DNA of 63,327 nt, filler included, from Octopus bimaculoides (lineage: Eukaryota), in the NCBI RefSeq assembly GCF_001194135.2. It is 4 parts of 4 records of this genome, joined end to end, with 100 filler letters (N's around TTAATTAATTAA, not from the genome) between each part and the next. Parts side by side here need not be neighbours in the genome. Positions count along the whole stretch, not along the records: positions 24,928 to 45,544 come from NC_068988.1; 3 more parts are not named here. One strand, written 5' to 3'. The notes below the pieces were generated by a model. That model worked only from the letters and a program-made list of their open reading frames with translations. It ran no database searches and had not been told where the DNA came from. Shown here in pieces: positions 24,828 through 37,690 of this stretch (position 1 is the first letter of the stretch; each line of letters begins with the position of its first letter). The position numbers and the translations under genes are program-made.

Positions 24828-24927
24828 NNNNNNNNNNNNNNNNNNNNNNNNNNNNNNNNNNNNNNNNNNNNTTAATTAATTAANNNNNNNNNNNNNNNNN
24901 NNNNNNNNNNNNNNNNNNNNNNNNNNN
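24828..24927. other. Artificial 100-bp scaffold join N44-TTAATTAATTAA-N44
   Basis: Identical geometry at 24828-24927, 45545-45644 and 59928-60027; the 12-mer gives stop codons in all six frames. Confidence 0.95.
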
Positions 24928-25771
24928 GTAGGTAGTTTATCTTACCGTTTTTGTTTTTTTAATGTAATAAACAGGTTTACAAAATCTCTGTTGGACTTCA
25001 ACCGATAGCTAACATAAAAGTTTTCTGTTATATGTTAGTATGGTAGCTAGGGAAATTTAAATATAAATTTCGACTTAAGGGTATTTACACGTTTGTTTCG
25101 TATGTGTACGCACAGTAGTCCGTGCGTTGTACTTTTATAGCATGTATGTATGTATGTATGTATGTATGTATATAGATATATGTGTGTGTGTGAGTGTGCG
25201 CGGAGGGAGTTATGCGTGTCTGTGTGCATGTATGTATGCATGTAAGCACGTATATGTGTTTGCCTGTGTGTATGTGTCTTTGTCCATGTATGTATGTATG
25301 TATATATATGTGTGTATATATGTCTGTTTGTATATATATGTATGTATATATNNNNNNNNNNTGTTTCAGCCAAGTGGCTGCGGTCATGCTGGTGCACCAC
25401 CGTATGTATGTGCGTATGTTTCCATGTATATACACATAAATATTTGCATATGTTTATACATATATCTATTTACAAATACATATATACATGTGCATGTATG
25501 TTTTTGGATGTAAATGTATATATGCGTGTATTCATAAGAACTCAAGAACACATTTGCCAAATGGTGTAAGAGTGCGTTTGTGTGGGGATTTGTGTATGTG
25601 CGTGTGCGTGAGCATGTACGTGTGTGTGCTTGGATGTATATAAGTATACATCTACGTTATAACATCCATATAGACACAGCGACATACAGAGAAACACACG
25701 CGCTAACACACACTCGCACATACAATAATTACATAAATACATTCATATATATTCACACAGACATAACACTC

Positions 25772-25849
<78 letters not shown>

Positions 25850-26129
25850 NNNNNNNNNNNNNNNNNNNNNNNNNNNNNNNNNNNNNNNNNNNNNNNNNNN
25901 ATATATATATATATATATATAATGTATATACTTATATGTATATACATACGTACGTACATACAGAAATATTCAAATGTGGTTTTTGATCGAAAATGAGAGT
26001 ACGCAATGCGTTATATAAAAATTATAGTTAATATATTCATATGAAATCTTGAAATATAAATATTACTAGTTTTCTTTTGAATTTTTTTAGAATTCAGTTA
26101 AATAACGAAACACAATTTAATTGCAATAA

Positions 26130-26640
26130 TTCCATGAAACCCAAAAGTACTGGAGTTTGAGAGAGGATATCATCGTACTTTCTATGACCTATCCTGAATG
26201 TTTGCAATGGGCTGGACTCCAAGAGAAATCTTTCAATGGTCCAATGATGGATTCATTTTATGTGATGGGTTGTGCCTACGACACGGTTTCGTACTAAGTG
26301 TGGCATTCATCAGCAGGATGTGTTTTTAAGAGAAGGCTTTTCTCCTCAATTACAACTTTCACTAGAATTAGATACATCTGAAGGATGTTCTATTTGGCAT
26401 GAAATTTTATATAGTCATGAGAGAGTAGGGCTTTATAGACACGTTGTGGGACAATAGATGTGGGCTGTCGAGGTTTTGATAGGGGCGTTTATTCGTAAAA
26501 GCTCTGGCGTGGCTTGGAGTTACTGGTGCAGCAAAGAGCTGGGTCAACTAGATGTAAGGGTCTGATTTGAATGACCTGGAACTCCTAGAAACTCCAGAGT
26601 ATCTCATCTGCAAGATGTATCCTAAAACTAAACCTATACA
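26130..26640 (-). mobile_element. Probable Penelope-like element remnant with a degenerate hammerhead
   Basis: Hammerhead-like motif at 26275-26317, followed on the minus strand by a stop-riddled frame MNPSLDH*KISLGVQPIANIQ..LKLQYFWVSW; the PLE assignment is inferred from this layout. Confidence 0.4.
26275..26317 (-). ncRNA. Degenerate type I hammerhead motif
   Basis: Minus strand CCUG-CUGAUGA-AUGC(CACACUUA)GUAC-GAAAC-CGU-GUC-GUAGG; core and GUC are intact, but there is an A.C mismatch at the base of stem II and one C too few at the stem I/core junction. Confidence 0.5.
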
Positions 26641-26646
26641 CCTACT

Positions 26647-27052
26647 CTTTTACTTGTTTCAATCATTTGACTGCGGCCATGCTGGAGCACCGCCTTTGGT
26701 CGAGCAAATCGACCCGAGGACTTATTCTTTGTAAGCCTAGTATTTATTCTATCGGCCTCTTTTGCCGAACCGCTAGGTTACGGGGATGTAAACACACCAA
26801 CATCGGTTGTCAAGCGATGTTAGGGGGACAAACACAGACACACAAACATATACACACACAAACATATGTATATATATATACATATATACGACGAGCTTCT
26901 TTCAGTTTCCGTCTGCCAAATCTACTCACAAGGCTTTGGTCAGCCCGAGGCTATATAGTAGAAAACACTTACCGAAGGTGAAACGCAGTGGAACTGAACC
27001 CAAAACCATGTGGTTGGTAAGCAAGTTACTTTCCACACAGCCACTCCTGCGC
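26647..27052 (-). mobile_element. SINE family B, full length
   Basis: Head, internal microsatellite and tail all match the other B copies. Confidence 0.92.
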
Positions 27053-27269
27053 CTTTTCATAAGTTTGTCCTGCCTTTACTCGTTTCTTTTTGCATTCATC
27101 TTTCTCTCTCCCACACTGTCTCCCTCTCTCTCTTTTCTTCCTCTTCTCTCTATCCTTTCTCTCTCCATACAATTATAATATTTTATTTCTTATTATAACC
27201 GGGAATTCCAAACTTAATTTTATTATGTATCATAAATTATATCCCATATTCTATTAACTCTAAATAAGA

Positions 27270-27585
27270 TGTCAACAATCAAAAACAGTTTCAATAGTAG
27301 TTAGAGACATTGTCAAATATATTGTCAACGGTCGAAATATTGTCGACTGCCAAATACGCTATCTAGGATTTTATCGAATTTCAAAGATAGCTTCGAAGAT
27401 ACTCTCAAATGTCAAAAATTCGCGTCCAAAGTTGCTGTCAGCTGTCAAATATAACGTTGAATGTCCAATACAGTGTCAAAGATACTGTGGATTGTTAGAG
27501 GTACTCCCAAAGATATGATACTGCCAACCGTCAAAGATAATGTTGACTATCAAAGATGCTGTCATCTTAAAAGATACTCTCAACT
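27270..27585. repeat. Degenerate short-period minisatellite, consensus approximately (C)TGTCAAAGATA
   Basis: Recurrent TGTCAA, TCAAAGATA, TCGAAGATAC and GTCAAAGATA motifs. Confidence 0.6.
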
Positions 27586-28244
27586 ACAAAAACACCATTA
27601 CATTAATAACACCATTATATTGATATTTTACATAGGCGTAAGTCCACAAACGTGGTGGGGTTTATCTCAAACCAATATTTGATTGCTTCGTATGTTATTA
27701 ACCCTTTAGAAGATGAAAAGCAAAAGGAACAGTAGCTTATCTAAAACCAGTATTTGAATTCTACGTACGTTATTGAAGATAAAGGCGAAAAGCAAAACGC
27801 ATCCCAACGGAACGTGTTGAAAATGTTAAACATCATTTATATAGATTAGATTTCACTTCCAATCACCAGACTATCCATCTCCAGAACTGTAGGTTCATGG
27901 CAGAAACATTTAAATAAATAAACTCACTTAAAAAGAAAAACAATAAATAATGCTCAGACAAAATGGCAGAATAGGAAATACAGTACAAAGAATAAACTAG
28001 ATACGATTCAGTACATAAATAAGGTACTGCTCCAGCATGGATTAAAAATTTACAAGAGGTTACACCAACTAAGGTATCTGTACAATGAAATGAATAAATA
28101 AACATATACGCAATTGCACTTATATATGGCTTAAACTAAATTGTACACACAAAACACTGCAGAGACATAACCAGAGTATATAAGGAACTGCATCAGCTAA
28201 GATAATTACAGAATTAAATGAAAGATGTAATATATAAGTGCAGA

Positions 28245-29343
28245 TGCGGAGTACCCAAAAATAACCAGAATCGTTAGCACACCGAGTGAAATGCTAAGCG
28301 GTATTTCGTCTGCCGTTACGTTCTGAGTTCAAATTCCGCCGAGGTCGACTTTGCCTTTCATCCTTTCGAGTTCGATAAATTAAGTACCAGTTACGTACTG
28401 GTTCGATGTAATCGACTTAATCCGTTTGTCTGTCCTTGTTTGTCCCCTCTCTGTGTAGCCCCTTGTGGGCAATAAAGAAATAATAAACATTTTCCGTGGG
28501 ACAAGCCCGTTGTAGTTCAGGCTTTCGCCGCTAGAACCCCCTTGATGCGACCATCAGGCAACAGTCTGCCGACCGACGTTGTCCTTTGTGGTCATACTGT
28601 CACGTGGTGCGTCTTTGTGTTGCAGTGCTTCTCTTCTGTTCGTCGATTTTTGCGGTGGCTGAAACGTGTAATTTCGTTTCCTGCTGGGGAAAACGGAGGC
28701 CATAACAGTACCATGCTTCAAACAGCTTACAAGGATGTTGCCATGAGCAAAACACAAGTTTATGAGTGATTTTCGCTCTTTAAGAATGGCATTTGTCGCT
28801 TGAAGACCAACCTCGTTCAGAACGACCGTTGACATCTCGAAGGAATGAAAACATCACGAATATTGATGAGCTAATTTTGGAAGGCTGTCAGCGAACAATT
28901 GATGAACTTGTTGATATGACTGCTGTGTCCTGGAGCTCCTGCCAACGAATTTTGAGCGAGGAAATGCGAATGAAAAAAAGTTACAGCAAAATTTGTGGCT
29001 CCCTTGCTCATGGAAGATCAAAAGCAGTAACGACTGAATGCGTGTTGTGAACTGAAAGAACAGTCAGAGGTTCATCCGGATCTTTTTTCGAAGATCATCA
29101 CTGGTGACAAAAGCCGGTGCTACGTAATTTGCAGATATGGAAGAGGTGAAGAAAAAATGACGGAGGTGTTAAAAGGTATCACTTCACATGAGTTCCAAGA
29201 CTGCTTCAAACGGTGGAAAACGCACCTGGACCAATGAATTGCTTCAAATAGAGAATATCTTGAAGGCGATAAAAGTGTAAACATGTAAAACTAAGTGAAT
29301 AAAATATTGCGAATTTCCGGTTTCTTTTGGGTACGCTCTCGTA
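28245..29343 (+). mobile_element. mariner transposon, internally deleted, both TIRs present, SINE A nested at 28266-28482
   Basis: TIRs GTACCCAAAAATAACCAGAAT (28251..) and ATTTCCGGTTTCTTTTGGGTAC..CTCGTA (..29343); translation MLQTAYKDVAMSKTQVYE*F..LEDQPRSERP..RTIDEL..RILSEEMRMKK, KIITGDK, FADMEEVKK..FKRWKTHLDQ*IASNREYLEGDK. Confidence 0.92.
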
Positions 29344-30057
29344 TACTCTTGTATTGTACGAACTAAATTAGTTCTGATAAAAACGGAGTATTATATTTAG
29401 AACAGTGAAAGGAGGTGTTAAGGTCCTTGTTCACTTAATTATAAGCTTCTGGGAAAAGAGATTTGGAGAATAAATAAAAATGATGAAAGTAAGAATAGAG
29501 ACAGACTCGTGAAATTTTGAAGACTGTAAGAGATTTCCTGAACTGAAAGATTCGATAATGAGACAAATTGACAAGAAATTGGTGTCCTAAATCTTTGCAT
29601 TGTACACCAGCTGAACTACTTTTAGTGATATAATGGGTGTCAATAATAAGTCTGGAAACAAAGGTATTATATTCAGGAGGATGGGAGAGAAAACGAGCGA
29701 GACGGAGATCATAAAGAAAATGAGCAGATGGAGGAAAATAGTTTCGTGGACAAGAAATTAGTCCAATTATGTAGTAAGATAACAGAAATGAAGGAAATGA
29801 CAGAGACGGATGGAAAGAAATATTCATACAGACATTATGGGGTGATCCTGACACACTTTTAAAGTAATAAATACACACACACACATACGTACGCAGAAGG
29901 GCGAGGTTGCATACGAATACTGATTGTATGTAAACACAAATATACGGTTACACAAGTCATCAGTGAAGCAGACACTCGGTTACACATTTCCCCCTTATGT
30001 GTGTGAACGTCTCTGTGTGTTTATAATGCATTCAGAAACCCCCTTTCAAAATTACAC

Positions 30058-30101
<44 letters not shown>

Positions 30102-30159
30102 TCATACATACATTCATATACTTGTATAACTATATATACTTTTCCTTTTTATTCTTTTA

Positions 30160-30538
30160 TTCTTACACCTGTTTCAGTCATTTCACTGCGGCCATGCTGG
30201 AGCACCACCTTAAAGGGTTTCAGTCAAGAAATCGACCCCAAAGTTTATTCTTTATACACCTATTACNNNNNNNNNNNNNNNNNNNNNNNNNNNNNNNNNN
30301 NNNNNNNNNNNNNNNNNNNNNNNNNNNNNNNNNNNNNNNNNNNNNNNNNNNNNNNNNNNNNNNNNNNNNNNNNNNTATATATATATATATGACGGGTTTC
30401 TTTCAGTTTCCGTCCCCCAAGTCCACTCACAAGGCTTTCGCTGGCCCGAGGCTATGGTAGAAGTCACTTGTCCAAGATGCCATGCAGTGGGACTGAATCT
30501 GGGACCATGTGGTTGGGGAGAAAGCTTCTTACCACATA
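30160..30538 (-). mobile_element. SINE family B with a gap in its internal microsatellite
   Basis: Tail 30160-30266 and head 30390-30538 match family B. Confidence 0.85.
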
Positions 30539-30656
30539 CACCTACGTAAGCACACTCTGGTAGTCAAATCCAGAAAAATATTACATATATATACATATAT
30601 ACATATATATGTGCACGCGCCTGCGTGAGTGTATGCGTATGCACGTGAGTGTGGAT

Positions 30657-30694
<38 letters not shown>

Positions 30695-30924
30695 GTGCGT
30701 GTCCGTGAGTGTGTGCATAGTTACACAGCACATACACACACACATATATGAACACTGCATGGAAATATACACATACGCGCGTACGTACATATATGTACAT
30801 ACGTAATTTAGGCTTGCATATATACACAAATGCATACTAATAGGGACCAACGTGCGCATAAATATTCTTAGAAACGCATGCGCATAAATGCATTTACAAA
30901 CACATACAATCAAATACTAATACG

Positions 30925-30980
<56 letters not shown>

Positions 30981-31076
30981 CGTATACAAATTCACATACT
31001 CATGCATATTTATGAATACATTTCGAAGCAAGCACATAAATACGCAAGCACTCTACAGATACTAATTAAGGCCAAA

Positions 31077-31116
<40 letters not shown>

Positions 31117-31460
31117 AAAAGATAATTATTGTATAACGTCCATCTGTTCATTTAATTATTGATGAAGTGTATTGATATTGCCGCGCCTCCCCCACCAAGA
31201 CTACGAGTATCGTCACCATCACCACCACCACCATCATCACCACTGCCACCACCACTACCACCACCACCACCAGTACATCCATGCATAACCATAATTTGTC
31301 TGTGTGTCTTTGTAGAAATCTCTATCCCCTTTCCACACCCGTTCATCACCACGATTAGCAGTGCCAGGACCACCATTCCATCGTCTAATACGAATTAATC
31401 TGTAGCGAGTACATCCACCATATTACCCCCACCTATCCATCCTGCACATGCTCGCTCTCA

Positions 31461-31513
<53 letters not shown>

Positions 31514-31666
31514 CTCTTTCTTTCTCTCTTCTTTATAACCTCCATTCCGAGAGGCGGTCATTATTATATGGACTGCAAATGCATAGACAATGTGCTTTAT
31601 CTTTCCAATGACCACAATGCTGGATTACAGGATCAGATAGTTGGATAAACAGACAGACAAAAAGAC

Positions 31667-31727
<61 letters not shown>

Positions 31728-32535
31728 CTTACACACGTACATACATACATACATACATAGACATACAATGATGTAAATTATTGATACAAACAGATATATA
31801 CATGTATACATTCAAATATGCATATATANNNNNNNNNNNNNNNNNNNNNNNNNNNNNNNNNNNNNNNNNNNNNNNNNNNNNNNNNNNNNNNNNNNNNNNN
31901 NNNNNNNNNNNNNNNNNNNNNNNNNNNNNNNNNNNNNNNNNNNNNNNNNNNNNNNNNNNNNNNNNNNNNNNNNNNNNNNNNNNNNNNNNTATATATATAT
32001 ATATATATATAAATATATATATTAAAGGCGGTGCTCCAGTATGGCCGTAGTTAACTGACTGAAACAAATAAAAGAATATAAGAATGTACATTTATATGCA
32101 TGTGTGCGTATATATTTATAAGCATATAAGTATATATATATATGCATACATACATACATGTGTGTATGTGTATATGTATATGTATCTGTGTGTGTGTCCG
32201 TGGTCGTGTGTCTGTGTGTGTTGTGTGTGTGTGTGCGTGCGTGTGTGTGTGCGTGCGTGTGTGTGTGCATGCGTGTTTGTGTGTGTGCACCTATGTAGCC
32301 ACGCAGATATATTCAAGTTACACCCACGCGCTCATTTAGATCGAAATGTAGATTCGCTCTCCTGACTCTGTTAGCATAATCACGGAACGTAACCTAGACA
32401 GTTAACATACATACATTACATACATACATACATAAATGCATACATACATACATACATAAATACATATACATGTATGTATGTATGTATGTATGTATGTATG
32501 TATGTATGTATACTTATATATGCGTATGCGTATAC

Positions 32536-32577
<42 letters not shown>

Positions 32578-32579
32578 TA

Positions 32580-32644
<65 letters not shown>

Positions 32645-33643
32645 NNNNNNNNNNNNNNNNNNNNNNNNNNNNNNNNNNNNNNNNNNNNNNNNNNNNNNNN
32701 NNNNNNNNNNNNNNNNNNNNNNNNNNNNNNNNNNNNNNNNNNNNNNNNNNNNNNNNNNNNNNNNNNNNNNNNNNNNNNNNNNNNNNNNNNNNNNNNNNNN
32801 NNNNNNNNNNNNNNNNNNNNNNNNNNNNNNNNNNNNNNNNNNNNNNNNNNNNNNNNNNNNNNNNNNNNNNNNNNNNNNNNNNNNNNNNNNNNNNNNNNNN
32901 NNNNNNNNNNNNNNNNNNNNNNNNNNNNNNNNNNNNNNNNNNNNNNNNNNNNNNNNNNNNNNNNNNNNNNNNNNNNNNNNNNNNNNNNNNNNNNNNNNNN
33001 NNNNNNNNNNNNNNNNNNNNNNNNNNNNNNNNNNNNNNNNNNNNNNNNNNNNNNNNNNNNNNNNNNNNNNNNNNNNNNNNNNNNNNNNNNNNNNNNNNNN
33101 NNNNNNNNNNNNNNNNNNNNNNNNNNNNNNNNNNNNNNNNNNNNNNNNNNNNNNNNNNNNNNNNNNNNNNNNNNNNNNNNNNNNNNNNNNNNNNNNNNNN
33201 NNNNNNNNNNNNNNNNNNNNNNNNNNNNNNNNNNNNNNNNNNNNNNNNNNNNNNNNNNNNNNNNNNNNNNNNNNNNNNNNNNNNNNNNNNNNNNNNNNNN
33301 NNNNNNNNNNNNNNNNNNNNNNNNNNNNNNNNNNNNNNNNNNNNNNNNNNNNNNNNNNNNNNNNNNNNNNNNNNNNNNNNNNNNNNNNNNNNNNNNNNNN
33401 NNNNNNNNNNNNNNNNNNNNNNNNNNNNNNNNNNNNNNNNNNNNNNNNNNNNNNNNNNNNNNNNNNNNNNNNNNNNNNNNNNNNNNNNNNNNNNNNNNNN
33501 NNNNNNNNNNNNNNNNNNNNNNNNNNNNNNNNNNNNNNNNNNNNNNNNNNNNNNNNNNNNNNNNNNNNNATTTAATATACGCATGTTCGTTCTCTTCTGA
33601 TTTAAATTATTTAAATTTTGTATTATGTATCACGGAACAGTAC

Positions 33644-33687
<44 letters not shown>

Positions 33688-33974
33688 GAGAGAGAGGAGA
33701 GAGAGAGGGAGGAAGGATAAATGTGAATGTGTATTCTCGTGCGCGTGTCTGTTTTTATTTATCAGTATCCTTTCTCAAACGACGGAGCAAGTTTGTAACA
33801 AAGAAACACACAAAGCCCCCTCTGTAGCGTCTGCATAATAACAACGTTAACTGATGCAAATTGACATTTCAGAAATTCTTCAATATCCTAATTGTTCCAT
33901 TTACAGACTGCATCCGTGAAGTCCGTGTTAACTTTTACCTTTCTTCACTTGAAGATCTTTGTCCCTCCAGATTA

Positions 33975-34305
33975 TGGTTGTGGCATTTACTAACAGGTAC
34001 AATCAGTTAAGTTCGCTTTGCAGCTAGGTGGTTTCCCGGGTACCCTGTGAAAATGTCTTCTGCTGTAGCTCTTGGCCGACCAATAGTATGTGAGCGAACT
34101 GGGTGGGCGGAGACCGTGTGGAAAACTGTGAATTATATACGTATATTCGCGGGTGTGGTAAGAAGCCACTTTCCCAAACACATGGTTCCAGGTTCAGTCC
34201 CACTGCGTGGCAACTTGGGCAAGTGTCTTCTACTATAGCCTCGGGCCGACTAAAGCCTTGTGAGTGGATTTGGTAGAAGGAAACTGAAAGAAGTCCGTCG
34301 TATAT
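33975..34305 (+). mobile_element. SINE family B head(s) running into a gap
   Basis: GGGTGTGGTAAGAAGCCACTTTCCCAAACACATGGTTCCAGGTTCAGTCCCACTGCGTGGCAACTTGGGCAAGTGTCTTCTAC. Confidence 0.85.
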
Positions 34306-34938
34306 ATATNNNNNNNNNNNNNNNNNNNNNNNNNNNNNNNNNNNNNNNNNNNNNNNNNNNNNNNNNNNNNNNNNNNNNNNNNNNNNNNNNNNNNNNNNNN
34401 NNNNNNNNNNNNNNNNNNNNNNNNNNNNNNNNNNNNNNNNNNNNNNNNNNNNNNNNNNNNNNNNNNNNNNNNNNNNNNNNNNNNNNNNNNNNNNNNNNNN
34501 NNNNNNNNNNNNNNNNNNNNNNNNNNNNNNNNNNNNNNNNNNNNNNNNNNNNNNNNNNNNNNNNNNNNNNNNNNNNNNNNNNNNNNNNNNNNNNNNNNNN
34601 NNNNNNNNNNNNNNNNNNNNNNNNNNNNNNNNNNNNNNNNNNNNNNNNNNNNNNNNNNNNNNNNNNNNNNNNNNNNNNNNNNNNNNNNNNNNNNNNNNNN
34701 NNNNNNNNNNNNNNNNNNNNNNNNNNNNNNNNNNNNNNNNNNNNNNNNNNNNNNNNNNNNNNNNNNNNNNNNNNNNNNNNNNNNNNNNNNNNNNNNNNNN
34801 NNNNNNNNNNNNNNNNNNNNNNNNNNNNNNNNNNNNNNNNNNNNNNNNNNNNNNNNNNNNNNNNNNNNNNNNNNNNNNNNNNNNNNNNNNNNNNNNNNNN
34901 NNNNNNNNNNNNNNNNNNNNNNNNNNNNNNNNNNNNNN

Positions 34939-34994
<56 letters not shown>

Positions 34995-35154
34995 GTACGT
35001 AGGAGGAGAGAGTGGTAGATGTGTATGCATGTTTATATGCATGCGTGCACATGATTTTGATGGGTAGTGTTAGAATGAGAAATTATTGCTAACAGCGAAT
35101 TGATTTCATAATGTACGTGTACATGAATGCAATTAAATTGAAAAAAAATCAATA

Positions 35155-35156
35155 CT

Positions 35157-35214
<58 letters not shown>

Positions 35215-35273
35215 CGGCGGCGTCGGTGCGGGTGTTGGTGGTGGTGGCCGTCGTCGTTGTCGCAGTAGTAGTT

Positions 35274-35327
<54 letters not shown>

Positions 35328-35390
35328 ACGGCGGTGCGGGTGGTGGTAGTGGTGGTCGTCATCGTCACCATCGTCGTCGTCGTCGTCGTC

Positions 35391-35439
<49 letters not shown>

Positions 35440-35464
35440 CAGCAGCAGCAGCAGCAGCAGTAGC

Positions 35465-35522
<58 letters not shown>

Positions 35523-35583
35523 CCAGCAGCAGCAGTACCAGCAGCAGCACCAGCAGTAGTAGTAGCAGTAGTAATAGTATCAA

Positions 35584-35625
<42 letters not shown>
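35155..35625. repeat. Compound in-register trinucleotide array (GTA/GCA/GTC/GTG)
   Basis: Directly visible; it generates the poly-S, poly-V, poly-T and poly-L ORF artefacts. Confidence 0.95.
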
Positions 35626-36249
35626 GTAATAGCTGTGTGAAAAATTATAAGTGAATAACGTGTGATTACTCGGTGAACAGTACCTTACCAAGGAAAAATG
35701 TACATCCTTTCAACGAAGAATTCACATTTGGTAAGTCTTCTCGACTAGGCTTCGCTAATAAAACGAAATCTGGCTGAACGTATTCCCCGTACTTACCAAT
35801 GACCCGACAACTACCAATTGTATGTTTTCATTTGATGTTCAGTTAATTCAGATTTCCAAGTTCTCTCCATTTCCTCTCTTATCTCTATGTTCTTCATATA
35901 TCCCAAAATACCCGAAGGTGCCCTCCATATAGAGGGCACCTTGGGATACTTTCTGATGTTTAATATGGGAAAATATGGATAATGCAGTCCTTCTGGTACA
36001 GGAGATCTTCTAACTAGGGTTACTCTATTTCATTTTCATTTTCCATAAAGTCAGTATACAGAGTAGCTGCAGGCTGGACAAACACATTAATGGGATGAGA
36101 TGAATGATGAACACGATGATATCAATAGGAGAAGACAGAAGCCGCCCGACGAGCTCTGCTTCTCTAAACTAACTAGGGCTACTCAAGGAACTGCATATCT
36201 CCAGAATTTTCCTGAACACCAAAGGCACAAATTCTCACTCCAGTGTTGT

Positions 36250-37690
36250 TCTCCAATCAATAGGTGTATGCTTAGAGTAGTTCCTTTCGCCTAAACCATT
36301 TTTTTTACAGTCTCCCATTTTTTGATAATTTCACTGTAGGAGAACATATCCCTTTCCTTCCTCACTATTCTTTGCAACCGAAACGGAAAATGTCGATGAG
36401 GGCTTGGAGGAATAGAGAAAAGTTTTTCCTCAATCCTTTTAGCCGCATCTACCACATAACCTCTCTCGCCATTGCCATTTTACTGAGGAACACTGCCTAT
36501 CTCGAATCTCAAAGGCGATGGTTTGATGGTTTTCACGATGAACTCAGCAGATAGCTGGATTCGTCCTACACGTGACAACTCTCAAAATAGCAATTGTTCT
36601 GACAGTACACAGAGCGTGCAATTCGGTTTCGTCGCTTTGGAAGCATCTCGGGCAAATCCCCCTGGTTGCACTTCCGTACCTTTGGTGTTTATCGTTAACT
36701 GGTAGTGCCCTTCGGCAGTACTGTAAAGCCAAGATATTCGGGAAATTATTAATAGTATTTCCCGGCCCGATAGTCCTTCAAAATAGAGCATATAGTTCGT
36801 GCGGTGAAGGCGCGCGGCTTAGTGGTTAGGGCATTCGGCTCGCAATTGTAAGGTCATGAGTTCGATTCCCGGCGACGCTTTGTGTCCTTGAGCAAGACAC
36901 TTTATTACACGTTACTCCAGTCCACTCAGCTTGTAAAAATGAGTAGTACCTATATTTCAAGGGCCGGCCTTGTCACGCTATGTGTCACGCTGAGTCTCCC
37001 CGAGAACTACGTTAGGGACACAAGTGTCTGTGGATTGCTCAGCCACTTGCACGTTAATTTCATGAGCAGGCTGTTCCGTTGATCGTATCAGCTGGGTCCC
37101 TCGTCGTCGTAACCGACGCAGTGCTCCTATCCTATCCTATAGTTCGTGCAAGTCAGCACCTAGAATTTCTTGAAGAACATTATCGATTTTATCCACCAGT
37201 ATCTTTCTAAACATATTGCTAAATTTGAACTTCGATCAACTGAATTGCCCAACTGGTCGAGAGAGTTGAGCGCCTGACGGCATTCTATCTCAGGCAGAAG
37301 GGCAGAAACATACAAATTGTTAAACCATTCCCTGTACACAGAAACTAAAGTTATTCTTTGTCCGTTTTTAATGACACTAAAGCTTGTATGAACAATCTTG
37401 TAATTATTCGTATTCCCCGAAAGCTGAAATCAATAGATCTCACCATATTTGATGGATATATTTGATCATCAACAGTCAAATACTTGATTCTGTCTACTGC
37501 ATTAGAATCTGCTCTAAATGAATATTTCCTTTATCAAATTTCTTTTCCTAATGAAATATAGCAGATGCCGCCAGGATTCCAAGTCCTTAAAGCTCTAACT
37601 GAGAGAATATGTGCAAAACCGATCACTTAAACGGTCAAGAACAGTCTCCAACATGGCTGAATCCAGCATCTTGCATTTGATTGGCTACTA
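36250..37690 (-). mobile_element. L1/Tx1-clade LINE ORF2 C-terminal remnant (Cys/His region), interrupted by SINE C
   Basis: Removing the SINE gives IECRQALNSL..FRKILVDKIDNVLQEILGADLHELYALF*RTIGPG..NFPNILALQYCRRALPVNDKHQRYGSATRGICPRCFQSDETELHA (CxxC...H motif). Confidence 0.85.
36803..37137 (+). mobile_element. SINE family C, full length with a 12-bp target-site duplication
   Basis: GAAGGCGCGCGGCTTAGTGGTTAGGG..GAGTTCGATTCCCGG head; TSD TATAGTTCGTGC at 36791-36802 and 37138-37149. Confidence 0.93.

Noticed and set aside
24872-24883. TTAATTAATTAA palindrome as a homeodomain site or PacI-like motif
   Set aside because: It is centred in exactly 100-bp N blocks three times, so it is an assembly spacer
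29435-29884. 149-aa minus-strand ORF
   Set aside because: It is the antisense of purine-rich low-complexity DNA (stop-poor by composition), starts in a (TG)n repeat and has no motifs
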